IMG/VR virus record: IMGVR_UViG_3300014656_000003
Location: 1-60,110 of that record
Strand: one strand, 5' to 3'
Origin: a virus
Taxonomy: Duplodnaviria; Caudoviricetes
DNA: 60,110 nucleotides
Position numbers and translations under genes: made by a program. Below, piece after piece: positions 25,882 through 35,445 of this stretch. Under the pieces are notes generated by a model that saw only the letters and a list, made by a program, of their open reading frames with translations, had not been told where the DNA came from and made no database searches. Within the stretch, counting starts at the first letter, position 1; each line of letters opens with the position of its first letter.

Positions 25882-28800
25882 TCATGCCGCCTCCTCCATA
25901 CCCCTTGCCGTACTCTTCTTTATCCTGGACCGGACCCGCTTCCGGGCGTTCAGGATGACTTTCCGGATGATCTTGGCCCGCTTCTCCGGAGAGAACTGCT
26001 CCCAGTTATCGGCCTTCATCCGCCTTTCCAGCTTCCGCCGCACAATGCTGCTCGAATCGTTCAGGTATTTCGCGTACTGGCCCCGGGTCATACGTTGAGT
26101 GATCCCGCCAACGGTCATATACCGGCTGGGGGGCCCCATGCTGAGATCCCCGGCCTTCAGCATCTTCTCGATCATGTCAAAGGCCGGGTCCGCCTTTTTA
26201 CCTTCCGCCTCCAGGATGGGTGTCTCGAGTCTCGGGGGCCATGCCGTGTGGGTTTGTGCGCCGGCGGACTGCATGAGGGCGGTGAGTCCGTCCTCTTCAC
26301 CCTGCAGGTACTGGATGAAATGCCCAATCTGTATGGGCTGCATGTTGACTACCTGATTGACAATCGTTGCCGGCGCTCGGGTGATGGCCCCCTCCTTTGG
26401 CAGGTGTGTCGATTTCTTGATCGTTTTCCCGGTCGTTAGCAGCTCTGCGGCCCCGGTAAACGGCCTGTCGGCCCAATCCGATCCGCTTACAAATGCGCCG
26501 GCGACTCGAACAACAGGCGACCCTTTGCCCTTGATCAACCGCCAGGGATCCATAAGCTTCAGCGGGTCAAAGAAGTGCCCGCCGATAGAAAATGTCTTCC
26601 TTCTCCCTTCAGTATCGATGCCCAGCATGTTATACAGCTTCGTCACATCGACTTCCGTCCACCGCTTTTTATTGAATCGATTCGAGAGCATCTGCTCATT
26701 GATGAATTCCTCGGTCTCATCCCACCCGTTCAGGAGCATCTGGGCGAGAACTGTCGATACGGCGATCCGGAACACTACCCGGCCCCAGAACTTCCTGTAT
26801 ATTTTTTCCATCCCCTTTGGACCCGGTACGTCGCCCATAAACCTGCTTATTTTATCGTTCAGTCCGGGAATCCAGCCGCTGACAGTCCGGAAATTCGACT
26901 CGGTATTTCCGGTGATAAATATCAGACCTTTTCTTTCCGCGAGCCAGAAACCCGTGTCTACCGATGGACACCAGATTGTTCCGGAGTAGTCAACTTCGTC
27001 CTTATTATCATGGTGGCCCCAACAGCTTATGCCTTTCCCTCTGGTTATCCAGCGGGTGCGCCAGCAATTCTCTTCTTGTTGATAGAAAGTTGATGGCAAT
27101 CCCTGCATCGTCCTGATAAGCGTCATATAAAACACTATCTTTTCTTTTCCGGAGAAACGATTTTGCCCGGTTCCGCATCCGAGCATCATTGTATCGTCAA
27201 GGAGTTTAATTTGCCTTTTTGTCAACTTACTTAAAAATTCCCAATTCAAACCATCTTCCAGGCCGATATCCTGCATTTTTTGAAACAAACCATTGGGAAT
27301 GTTAAAAACATGTTTCTTATAATTGGCTTTGAATTTATCATGATCGCAATTTGTATCGTCTACATGATAAGTGATCCCTAAATTCTTGAGCATCTCGACC
27401 GTTCGCGGCTTTGATTGTGTTATCCTGCCATATCGATATTCTTTGGTAGATCCATCGGCCAATTTATTATAGGACTTTTTCACATATCCATCGGTTACTA
27501 GCCACCCGCAGAGCTTTACAAAATAATCCGTATAGGTCTCTTTTTCAGGGAAATCAAAATCAGCACACCTGGGAATCTGATGGTTTGTTTGAAGATCTTT
27601 GGCCTTGACTATATCGTTTCTTTTCGTAGTGGAATTATAAACATAGCAGGTATGATCCGGGGTCAACATTACACTTCGGCTGAAATTTTTAATCCGGATC
27701 ATTTTTCCTGCGTAATTTTTGTTGACATACTTGTCTTTCAGCTTGGACCATTTTAGTTTTTGGGTTTCAGGATCAAAGGCCATGATTTCATCATTCGTTT
27801 CCAGCTCATGATGATATTTCCAGCCTGCTTTCGTCATAGCGCGGGTTTGAAAATCGCAGCACCAATCTGGTGCTAGCAGCAATATCCTGAACCATTTCTG
27901 AAGCGAAGGGTTCCGCCCCATTCGTCCCAGGTGGAGGCCTCCGAAGTCCGCGTTAATGAGTCTTGCCACTTTCTCGGCGATCTTTCCCGTATCCGGAGGG
28001 GCTTTTATAACTCCTTTGGTGTATTTCTCGTTTGCCTTCTGTAGCTCGTGGCCATATTCCATTACAAAGGCCTCAGCCTTCAGGCCGGCAAAGAACTTCT
28101 TAAAGAGACTGTCCGTGAACCGCTCCCTATTGAATCGCCCGTACTCGATGACCTTACCCGCTTTTTCCAGCCCAAAGTAATTAACCAGGCGCTCGGCAAA
28201 CCCCTTTTGCTCTCCAAGCGCCCGTTCCGACCAGTCCTGGAGATCGCCCAGGGTGAGACCGTTTTTGACCCCCAGCTCCACCAGCGCGTGCCGTTCCCGA
28301 ATCTTATCAAGTCCGGCCTTGTAGGCACTTACAGGGTTCCACCCCTTCCAGCCATGATGCACCCCGAATATCCAAGAGCGTGATCCTGCCATATGGTGAA
28401 AAAGGGACGACAGCAGCACCCACGCCTTCATGCTTGCGTTTAACCTCAGCAGGCCCTTGAGAACCGGCACTTCCCCAAACATATCGCCCGAGGCTGTCAT
28501 CTTATTGATCATCTCGGCGATGGGTCTGGGCGCATAAAGCGGCGCCTTCTCAAAAAACTCGGATACATCTTCGGGCGGCCGCCTTTCGATACGATCATAG
28601 CCTTGGTCCTTTGCCCATTCATTGGCCTCTTTCTCGCTATCAAAAAGCCTTGCCGCCCGTTGGTCTGCATTGTCTTTGTAAACCGCCCACCGCTCCGGGA
28701 TCCGCTCCGGAGGTGTAGCAAAAAACTTTCTCCCATATGCGGTAATAGCAAGGGCTTCCTGGTCCGGGAGATCCGCTTCAGCCACGGCCTTTCCTGCCCA

Positions 28801-31800
28801 CCGCCATACCTGAAAGCCCGAAGCCTTCAATTGCCCGTACCCTTCATGTTCCGTGGCGCTGAACATCGAGTTGCCGTCGAGCCCCATGGTGGCTACGCCT
28901 CGCTGCACAAAGGCTTTATTGGCCATGATGCCGGCCAGGTCTTCCATGTACTGCCCGTAGGAGTTCGTGATCCCCTGGACCTTCAGCTCATAGCCGTTCA
29001 TCCACCCGTCGAGGATTGTGTCAAGGGTCCGCTGCTTTGCCGCCGTGGTGTAGGTCTTAAACCCGTAACCACTCCCGGAGCTCTTGAAATCTTCCTCTTT
29101 GCCCTCGGGCAGCGTCCAGATCCGGCGGACGTAGTTATCCATGTGGGACTTTATGATTTTAGCCTGTTTGGCCACCGCGTGGGCAGCCTCAAAAAGTCCG
29201 CCCATTTTTTCGGTAAACTTTTTTTGCTCATCTTTCAGGTTCACGGCCTGGTTAAGCAGCTTGAGCTGCCCTTTAATTTTTATCTTATCCCTTGCAGGCG
29301 TCTTCTGGTCCTCGAGTTGCCCCTCGGCCCAGTCCCTGAATTCCTGTTCTTTTTCGGGCTTATTCTGAAGGTCCCGCCACACCATCATGGCCCGGTCTAA
29401 CTGATCCGATGCCATGGACCGCTTCAGCTCTCGGTTATGGGCAAACCCGAGCACAAACTTGCGCCGGCTCGGCTGTCCCGCCATTCCCTGGACCTCCTCC
29501 TGGAGCTTAGCCACCTCGGTCTTCACCCGGTTTAAGGCCAGGTCCTTCATTTCAAAGATTTTGTTCACAAAAGAGCGATTCTCCGCCAGTTCCCGGGAGA
29601 CCTCCTCACCCACCGGCTGCTTTGCCACGTTTAGCCAGGCCTGGGGGGCATATGCCTGCTGAAGGCTTACACCCGTCCCTTCCGCCTGTTTGACGGCAAG
29701 CCGGATATCCCCCGTCTCCGGCGACCAGGTGCCGGTGTTGAAGATGGATTTGATTTGATTGGGATAGAAGGCGACTATTTCTTGTTTATTATTTGCAAAT
29801 GCACCATCATAACCAGCCAATTCTAAGGTTTCCCTGCTTGTTAATCCTAATGTTGCTCTTTCATAGGCAGGGGTTGATAAAATAGATCCTTTTGCATTCA
29901 GAAAGGCATCTTTATAAGACCCATATCGTTCTTTTGAATTAGGTTCTAATCCTTTGTTTTTCCTTATTTGGTCCGTTGCTACCCATAATTTGTCAAAATC
30001 TTTTCCTGTTACATTATCAAAATCAAATGGATTCTCAATAGACGCATACAAGGCCATTACTCGCCCTGATTTTGTTAGTTTTCCTGTCTTAATAGACGTT
30101 GTGTAAAGTTTTGCATAAACTGGATCTTTTGTAAGAAAATATCCAGACGAGTAAAAACCTCTATCTCTAATACCATATTTTTTGAACACATTAAATTTAG
30201 CTGGCGTACCATGGTAAACCACCAACGGATCGCCCTTTTCGTCCACAACCTTGCTCTCATCAAACCACGCCTTGAAATTCCCCTGGCGCTTCAGGTCGGT
30301 GAGCGCCTGAAGGCTTACACCCGTCCCTTCCGCCTGGCCGAAGTGAGGCCTATACGCGTCGACAGCGATCTTCCCGAATATATCCTCGGGCCTGGTGAAT
30401 CCCATGCCGTTCAGACCGTTCCGGATGATCTTAAGGAGCCGACGGAGCTTGAGCAGTATCGCCCGGATAGGCCCCGGGTGTCCGCCGATCGGCGAGACCT
30501 TTCGGCCGGCCACAAAGGAGGAGAAGGCATCGGCCGCTTTTTCCTCTGTTTTGAAGTATTTTATGAGCTTGGCGTAGTCCGCCTCCGGGAGGATCCAGCG
30601 GGCGGCGACGTGAAAGGCCTCGTGATATGTAGTGCGTTCCAGCTCCCCGAGGCTCTGAACGCTCAGGGCCAGTTCCAGGAGGCCCCGGTAGTTCCTGAAG
30701 GTCGTGGCGCCCAGGATGGTGTCGAGACTTATTCCCTGCTCGGCCCACTGCTCGGTGGTTTTGGATACGTCTTTCCCCGATATGTCGATGATGGCCTTGA
30801 GTTCAACGTCGATCCGGGCGATGACTTCGGCCGGGAGTCCGGCCGCCTTGAGCCATTCCCTGACCTTGCGGGCGATCTTGACGATATTTTTAATCTGTTT
30901 GGGGGATAATTGGGAGGGCTGTTCTCCCTGGACGGCTAACGGGTAGGCTGAGAGGGCGGTTTCTCCTGGAACAGCGGGGTGAGCTTGTACTCCCTCAGCA
31001 AGTCGCCCATGGCGACTATCTTCTCTCGGGGTTCCCCTCTCAGGTTGCCGCCGGTGCTGATCCGACCGAACATCTCCTTGAGCTCCTCGGTCGAGTAGCC
31101 CTTGTAGGTCTCGGGTAATTTTTTGTCTGGCATTTTCGGTCCCTGCATTGTTTATTGTCCTTATAATATCCCTTGCCTCTGTCCTTGTCAAGAGGCCCGC
31201 TAAATCTTTTGCCCTGATATCTTTTATGCCTGCATTTTTCAAGGCCTTTCCGAGGGCCGTCTGAGTCGCCCGGTCTACCTTTAACCGCGCATCTCCCATG
31301 TAGCCCACGACTGTCTTTACATCTATGCCGGCGCCGTTAAGTGTCCTGATAAATGCCGCCACAGACCCACCGGATGTAAAAATATCATCAACGACAACAA
31401 CTTCTTTTCCTTCCGTGATTCCCTTGAGCTCTTCAAGGTTACGGGGTTCGTAATCACGCGGATAAAACGCCCTTTTATATTTCGGGATATCCTTTGACGC
31501 CTCCTCATGGGCAGCGGTATAATAATCATCTCCCCTCACATATTCACCGCCCAGATCCTTTGCCAACTTCTCCGCAAGGCTCAAAGGATGAACATTCATA
31601 CGGGTAGTGCTCGGCTGCGCGATAAAGACTGTGTTTCCCGGAGAATCGAGCTGCTCTTTCAGTTTTTCGGTTTTTTTATCCGCCCAGAACTTGTCCGCAA
31701 AACGATCCGCCGCCGCCCGGTCGCCCTTCTCTTTCCCTGCAATCCAGTCTTCGTCCTCTTTTATAAGGGTGCGATCAACCTTCACCCTTTCAACGATCCC

Positions 31801-34800
31801 TTTCTCATTTAATTCAACAGCATCTCCCCTTGATACCGCCAGCTTGGTCTCCTCACCGACTACGACTTCGCCCGGCTCACCACCCTCCGTAGGGTCCCGC
31901 CTGGGCGGGATGCCCGCCGCCTGGGGCCTCACCGCCGGCATAGTCTCGCCGGCTCTCCCCTCGGCTTCGGGGGCGGGCGGTTCGGTGGGCTTTCTTTCCT
32001 CAATAAGTTCCTTTGTTCCCTTTAATGTTTTTGGTAATTTCTGGCCTGTAAATTCCTCAAATACCGTTCTTGATATCTTATTTGAGGGATCTAACAGGTC
32101 CGTCCATATACCATTGTTTATTGCATCAAGTAGCCCTTTTGCGTTTTTCATTGCGACGGCAAATGGCATATGTTTATCGGCGACATTTGCAATCTCAACA
32201 TATCTTTCTGCTATCCGGTTAGGGCTTATATCCTCCCCCCCCTTTGCAGGGGTGGCTTGCTCAGGGACCTTGGCAGGGGCCTTCTCCGGCTCCGTGACCG
32301 CCTTGCCCTTGAATAAATCAGGGTACTCGGCTTTGACTGCATCGGGGATTACGGAAGCGTCTTTCGCGGCCTGGGCTTTGACAGACGCCCGGTGCTGCCT
32401 ATGTTGTGTTGAAACAGTCTTTTTCACTATTTTTCCACGAGTGCCGGCCGGATCGTCAAAAAAGTGAAACAAGTCATCAGTAACCGGATCAGGATCACCA
32501 TATTTTTCAGCGAATGAACGCCATTGCTTGAGTGTTATCAAGCCTTCTCTTCTACCAATCTTCTCGTTTTTCTTGACGATAGATTGCAATGCCTTCCATT
32601 GTTTTTCACGGGCTTTAACCTCGGGATCTTCTAAATCCCTAAACATAGTTTCATATTCACTGGCCATCATTTCCCATGACTCTTTGGCTTTGGTGGCCTT
32701 CTCCTTCCCCGCCTCCAGCCTCTCGCCTCTAGCCTCTCCCCCCGTCCTCTTCCCCGTAATCGTCTCAACACCTTTTTTTTTGGGCTTCTCGGTGGCCTTT
32801 TTAACCTCTGGGGTGGGTCCTGTTCGATAAAAGTCATTAAATCTTTGTGTGGCCCTCTCAGCAGCATCCTTGGCTTTTTTATATATCTCATTGGATACTT
32901 TCAACCCCTTCTTTTTCCTATATTCTAAAGCCGAAAGTTCACTTGTTCTTTTCTTGAAGTCACGCCTTATATATTGTTCTTTTTCGTATTCCGTTTTCTG
33001 TTCTTTTTGTTTTTCAACTTCTACTTCATGCTCTTCTAAAAACTCTTTACCTTTTGCGAAATCAACCCATCTAAGGGAATCCGGCTTTTTTGTGTCTGAT
33101 TTTTGGTAAAGCCATCCTTTAACGATGTTTTGAAGTTCTTTAACGTCAACATTTGTAGGGTGGTCTAAAATAGTTCCGTCTTTGTGTACCTGTCTTACCG
33201 TCCAACCATCTCTACCGCTTTTCATAACGATCGGAACTATATCAATCTTGTCTATCCCCTTTTCCTCCATCATTTTAGACAGTGCGAATTTTTCAATATC
33301 ATTAAGACTATCAAGCAGAGTTTCAGCTTTGGACATTGCCTTCTCCTTCCCCGCCTCCAGCCTCTCGCCTCTAGCCTCTCCCCCCGTCCTCTTCCCCGTA
33401 ATCGTCGCGACGCCTCGGGGTTTTCCCTTCCTGAGCTCAAGAACCTGCTCTTTGCCGTCCTTCCCGCTGAACACCACGGAATTAAACGTGATTTCCTTTC
33501 CCTCGAAGGTGCTGTCTCCTATATATTTTTTGCCCTCTCCCTTCTTGACATAGGCGATGGTGAGGTGGGGACGGTAAACCGGATGGGTGTCCGTAACCTC
33601 AATTTTTTCGCTGATCAATTTATTGAGGGCATGGAGTTCAGGACCATCAATGTCCACCTTGACGACATCGGCCTCGTCATTTTCAAAGACAGATACCTTG
33701 CCGAGCGTAGCTTTGATCGGGCCCTGACCTTCAAGTATAGGCTTCAGATCCTCCGGGTCAACGGTATGAAGGCCGTATTTTACCGTAATATGGGGACTTT
33801 CCACTCTCCCCGAATCCGGGTCTTCCGGATCTATATAAAGCTCTTCATCCGGGATCTTTTTCCCGAAATCTAATACCGGCTTCGCCTCCGTTTCCGGTAG
33901 ATTCACCTGGGTCGAGCTATATTTATGGGCCTGGGGCTTTATCTGATCCTCTGTTTTCTCAGCTTCTCCACCTTCTATCCCTTCGGTGGGAACCCCCTGC
34001 TCCTTTCCCAGGGGAGCAGGGGGTTTAGTGGTGGGCGCCTCCGTCTCCTTGCCTAAGGGAGTGGAAGGCGTTTCGGTAGGTGTCGGGGTTGTTTCTATCC
34101 TTTCTTCTTCGCCGCCTTCGCGGCCTCGACCTGCCTCAATCTCTCGTTCGCTTCCTTCTCGGTCTTGTAGGGTCCTCCCAGGCGCCGCCGTTTCCCCGTG
34201 ATCGGGCTCTTCTTCTCCGCGTACACGTGCCACCCGTCCTTCTTTTGCCGCATCATCCGCTGCCTCCTCCCTGGCCGCCATAGCTTCAGCGGTGGTGAAT
34301 TCTTCTCTTACCCTCTGATCTTCTGTTTTCTCACCTTCTTCCGCCCTAAGCGCCTCCAGGTCCGCCCTGGCCGCCTCATCCTCCCGGCTGATCTCATCGA
34401 GCATCGTTTCGGCCCTGCCGCGGGCCGCCGCGGCCCGGCGCTTTTCGTCTTTTTCGAGCTCCTCGCGGTCCCGGGCTCCGGCCGTAGCGATATCCCCGGT
34501 TCCGTGCGTGGAGGAGGCCATCGGCTGCCGGCTCTCTTTGTCCTTCCTGCCCTCTCTTACCCTCTGATCTTCTTCCCCTCTTATCTTCTGATCTTCCGTC
34601 CCTTCGCCCTGCGCGAATACCCCGCCTACGCCTCCACCTAACACCGTTCCGATGATCCCCGATTCGACGATCCGACCAACGTTCTCCCTGAAGCCCTGCT
34701 CCGGCTTATGCCCCAGGCTTTCTACATAGATGCTGACCGCCTCCTGGGCCATCTCGGTGCCGCCCTCTGTAAGGGCCTGGCGCACGATTTTTTTGATAAT

Positions 34801-35445
34801 CCGGTGAGCTCCGGTGCTTTTAAGAAATAAGGTGTCAAAAGGCAGGATTTCCAGGATTCCGTTTGCTATACCGATCGTGATTCCTTCCAAGGTGGCCGTC
34901 TGCTCGGTCGTAACCGGATCCCAGCCCTCCCGGATCATCTCATCCTTGGCCTCGCTGTATGCCGCGCCCGCCTCCACGGTCGCAGCTCCGCCAAAGGCGC
35001 CCGCCAGTGAGACCGTCCTTATGGCTTTTTCGCCCCATCCGGCGAGCCTGGCCGCTCTCATGGCGCCCAGGCCCGGGAGCATCATGGCGGCCATGGTGGG
35101 AGTGTTCTCGCCCAGGGACCTTACCCACCATCTCCAGTCCAGCAATCGTTCCGGATGTTCGACAACGGTCCCTTCGGCCAGGTACGCCGGCCGCCGCAAA
35201 GACGGACTCTCTCCCAGATCCCGGTAATACTCCCGGGTAGTTGCCCCGCCGGGGATCCCGGCCATCTCCATGGTACCGCCGATGGACTCCATGGTGGATG
35301 CGGCACCGGCCCCCAGGGCGGAGCCCACTTCCTCCAGCGGGCCCCTGGGGTCTTCGGGTTCTTTTGCTCCAGGAAGGATGGTGGCGCCTGGAGGCCCGCC
35401 TTCCGAAAGCCAGCGATCGAAATCTTCCTGGGTTTTTAATCGCAT
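25882..35445 (-). CDS. Giant polyvalent (probably ejected) virion protein: 2H phosphoesterase, PRTase, zincin, ADP-ribosyltransferase, intein
   Basis: PHITVKYGL/PHLTIAYVK; VVVDDIFTSGGS; HEAFH; FKAWFDESKVVDEKGDPLVVYHGT...GYDG...EIVAFYPNQIKS; last of the ejection-gene cluster. Confidence 0.85.
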   Translation of the reverse strand: MRLKTQEDFDRWLSEGGPPGATILPGAKEPEDPRGPLEEVGSALGAGAASTMESIGGTMEMAGIPGGATTREYYRDLGESPSLRRPAYLAEGTVVEHPERLLDWRWWVRSLGENTPTMAAMMLPGLGAMRAARLAGWGEKAIRTVSLAGAFGGAATVEAGAAYSEAKDEMIREGWDPVTTEQTATLEGITIGIANGILEILPFDTLFLKSTGAHRIIKKIVRQALTEGGTEMAQEAVSIYVESLGHKPEQGFRENVGRIVESGIIGTVLGGGVGGVFAQGEGTEDQKIRGEEDQRVREGRKDKESRQPMASSTHGTGDIATAGARDREELEKDEKRRAAAARGRAETMLDEISREDEAARADLEALRAEEGEKTEDQRVREEFTTAEAMAAREEAADDAAKEGRVARVRGEEEPDHGETAAPGRTLQDREGSEREIEAGRGREGGEEERIETTPTPTETPSTPLGKETEAPTTKPPAPLGKEQGVPTEGIEGGEAEKTEDQIKPQAHKYSSTQVNLPETEAKPVLDFGKKIPDEELYIDPEDPDSGRVESPHITVKYGLHTVDPEDLKPILEGQGPIKATLGKVSVFENDEADVVKVDIDGPELHALNKLISEKIEVTDTHPVYRPHLTIAYVKKGEGKKYIGDSTFEGKEITFNSVVFSGKDGKEQVLELRKGKPRGVATITGKRTGGEARGERLEAGKEKAMSKAETLLDSLNDIEKFALSKMMEEKGIDKIDIVPIVMKSGRDGWTVRQVHKDGTILDHPTNVDVKELQNIVKGWLYQKSDTKKPDSLRWVDFAKGKEFLEEHEVEVEKQKEQKTEYEKEQYIRRDFKKRTSELSALEYRKKKGLKVSNEIYKKAKDAAERATQRFNDFYRTGPTPEVKKATEKPKKKGVETITGKRTGGEARGERLEAGKEKATKAKESWEMMASEYETMFRDLEDPEVKAREKQWKALQSIVKKNEKIGRREGLITLKQWRSFAEKYGDPDPVTDDLFHFFDDPAGTRGKIVKKTVSTQHRQHRASVKAQAAKDASVIPDAVKAEYPDLFKGKAVTEPEKAPAKVPEQATPAKGGEDISPNRIAERYVEIANVADKHMPFAVAMKNAKGLLDAINNGIWTDLLDPSNKISRTVFEEFTGQKLPKTLKGTKELIEERKPTEPPAPEAEGRAGETMPAVRPQAAGIPPRRDPTEGGEPGEVVVGEETKLAVSRGDAVELNEKGIVERVKVDRTLIKEDEDWIAGKEKGDRAAADRFADKFWADKKTEKLKEQLDSPGNTVFIAQPSTTRMNVHPLSLAEKLAKDLGGEYVRGDDYYTAAHEEASKDIPKYKRAFYPRDYEPRNLEELKGITEGKEVVVVDDIFTSGGSVAAFIRTLNGAGIDVKTVVGYMGDARLKVDRATQTALGKALKNAGIKDIRAKDLAGLLTRTEARDIIRTINNAGTENARQKITRDLQGLLDRGAQGDVRSDQHRRQPERGTPREDSRHGRLAEGVQAHPAVPGETALSAYPLAVQGEQPSQLSPKQIKNIVKIARKVREWLKAAGLPAEVIARIDVELKAIIDISGKDVSKTTEQWAEQGISLDTILGATTFRNYRGLLELALSVQSLGELERTTYHEAFHVAARWILPEADYAKLIKYFKTEEKAADAFSSFVAGRKVSPIGGHPGPIRAILLKLRRLLKIIRNGLNGMGFTRPEDIFGKIAVDAYRPHFGQAEGTGVSLQALTDLKRQGNFKAWFDESKVVDEKGDPLVVYHGTPAKFNVFKKYGIRDRGFYSSGYFLTKDPVYAKLYTTSIKTGKLTKSGRVMALYASIENPFDFDNVTGKDFDKLWVATDQIRKNKGLEPNSKERYGSYKDAFLNAKGSILSTPAYERATLGLTSRETLELAGYDGAFANNKQEIVAFYPNQIKSIFNTGTWSPETGDIRLAVKQAEGTGVSLQQAYAPQAWLNVAKQPVGEEVSRELAENRSFVNKIFEMKDLALNRVKTEVAKLQEEVQGMAGQPSRRKFVLGFAHNRELKRSMASDQLDRAMMVWRDLQNKPEKEQEFRDWAEGQLEDQKTPARDKIKIKGQLKLLNQAVNLKDEQKKFTEKMGGLFEAAHAVAKQAKIIKSHMDNYVRRIWTLPEGKEEDFKSSGSGYGFKTYTTAAKQRTLDTILDGWMNGYELKVQGITNSYGQYMEDLAGIMANKAFVQRGVATMGLDGNSMFSATEHEGYGQLKASGFQVWRWAGKAVAEADLPDQEALAITAYGRKFFATPPERIPERWAVYKDNADQRAARLFDSEKEANEWAKDQGYDRIERRPPEDVSEFFEKAPLYAPRPIAEMINKMTASGDMFGEVPVLKGLLRLNASMKAWVLLSSLFHHMAGSRSWIFGVHHGWKGWNPVSAYKAGLDKIRERHALVELGVKNGLTLGDLQDWSERALGEQKGFAERLVNYFGLEKAGKVIEYGRFNRERFTDSLFKKFFAGLKAEAFVMEYGHELQKANEKYTKGVIKAPPDTGKIAEKVARLINADFGGLHLGRMGRNPSLQKWFRILLLAPDWCCDFQTRAMTKAGWKYHHELETNDEIMAFDPETQKLKWSKLKDKYVNKNYAGKMIRIKNFSRSVMLTPDHTCYVYNSTTKRNDIVKAKDLQTNHQIPRCADFDFPEKETYTDYFVKLCGWLVTDGYVKKSYNKLADGSTKEYRYGRITQSKPRTVEMLKNLGITYHVDDTNCDHDKFKANYKKHVFNIPNGLFQKMQDIGLEDGLNWEFLSKLTKRQIKLLDDTMMLGCGTGQNRFSGKEKIVFYMTLIRTMQGLPSTFYQQEENCWRTRWITRGKGISCWGHHDNKDEVDYSGTIWCPSVDTGFWLAERKGLIFITGNTESNFRTVSGWIPGLNDKISRFMGDVPGPKGMEKIYRKFWGRVVFRIAVSTVLAQMLLNGWDETEEFINEQMLSNRFNKKRWTEVDVTKLYNMLGIDTEGRRKTFSIGGHFFDPLKLMDPWRLIKGKGSPVVRVAGAFVSGSDWADRPFTGAAELLTTGKTIKKSTHLPKEGAITRAPATIVNQVVNMQPIQIGHFIQYLQGEEDGLTALMQSAGAQTHTAWPPRLETPILEAEGKKADPAFDMIEKMLKAGDLSMGPPSRYMTVGGITQRMTRGQYAKYLNDSSSIVRRKLERRMKADNWEQFSPEKRAKIIRKVILNARKRVRSRIKKSTARGMEEAA
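26905..27861 (-). mobile_element. Intein (319 aa) with probably degenerate LAGLIDADG domain
   Basis: APDW|CCDFQTRAMTKAGW...LTPDH...GWLVTDG...YSGTIWCPSVDTGFWLAERKGLIFITGN|T; AT-rich island. Confidence 0.9.
29659..30336. repeat. 30-bp direct repeats (29659-29688, 30307-30336) flanking the ART domain
   Basis: CTGAAGGCTTACACCCGTCCCTTCCGCCTG, identical; encodes QAEGTGVSLQ. Confidence 0.9.
32696..33406. repeat. 69-bp direct repeats (32696-32764, 33338-33406) flanking an AT-rich module
   Basis: Identical copies encoding TITGKRTGGEARGERLEAGKEKA. Confidence 0.92.
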
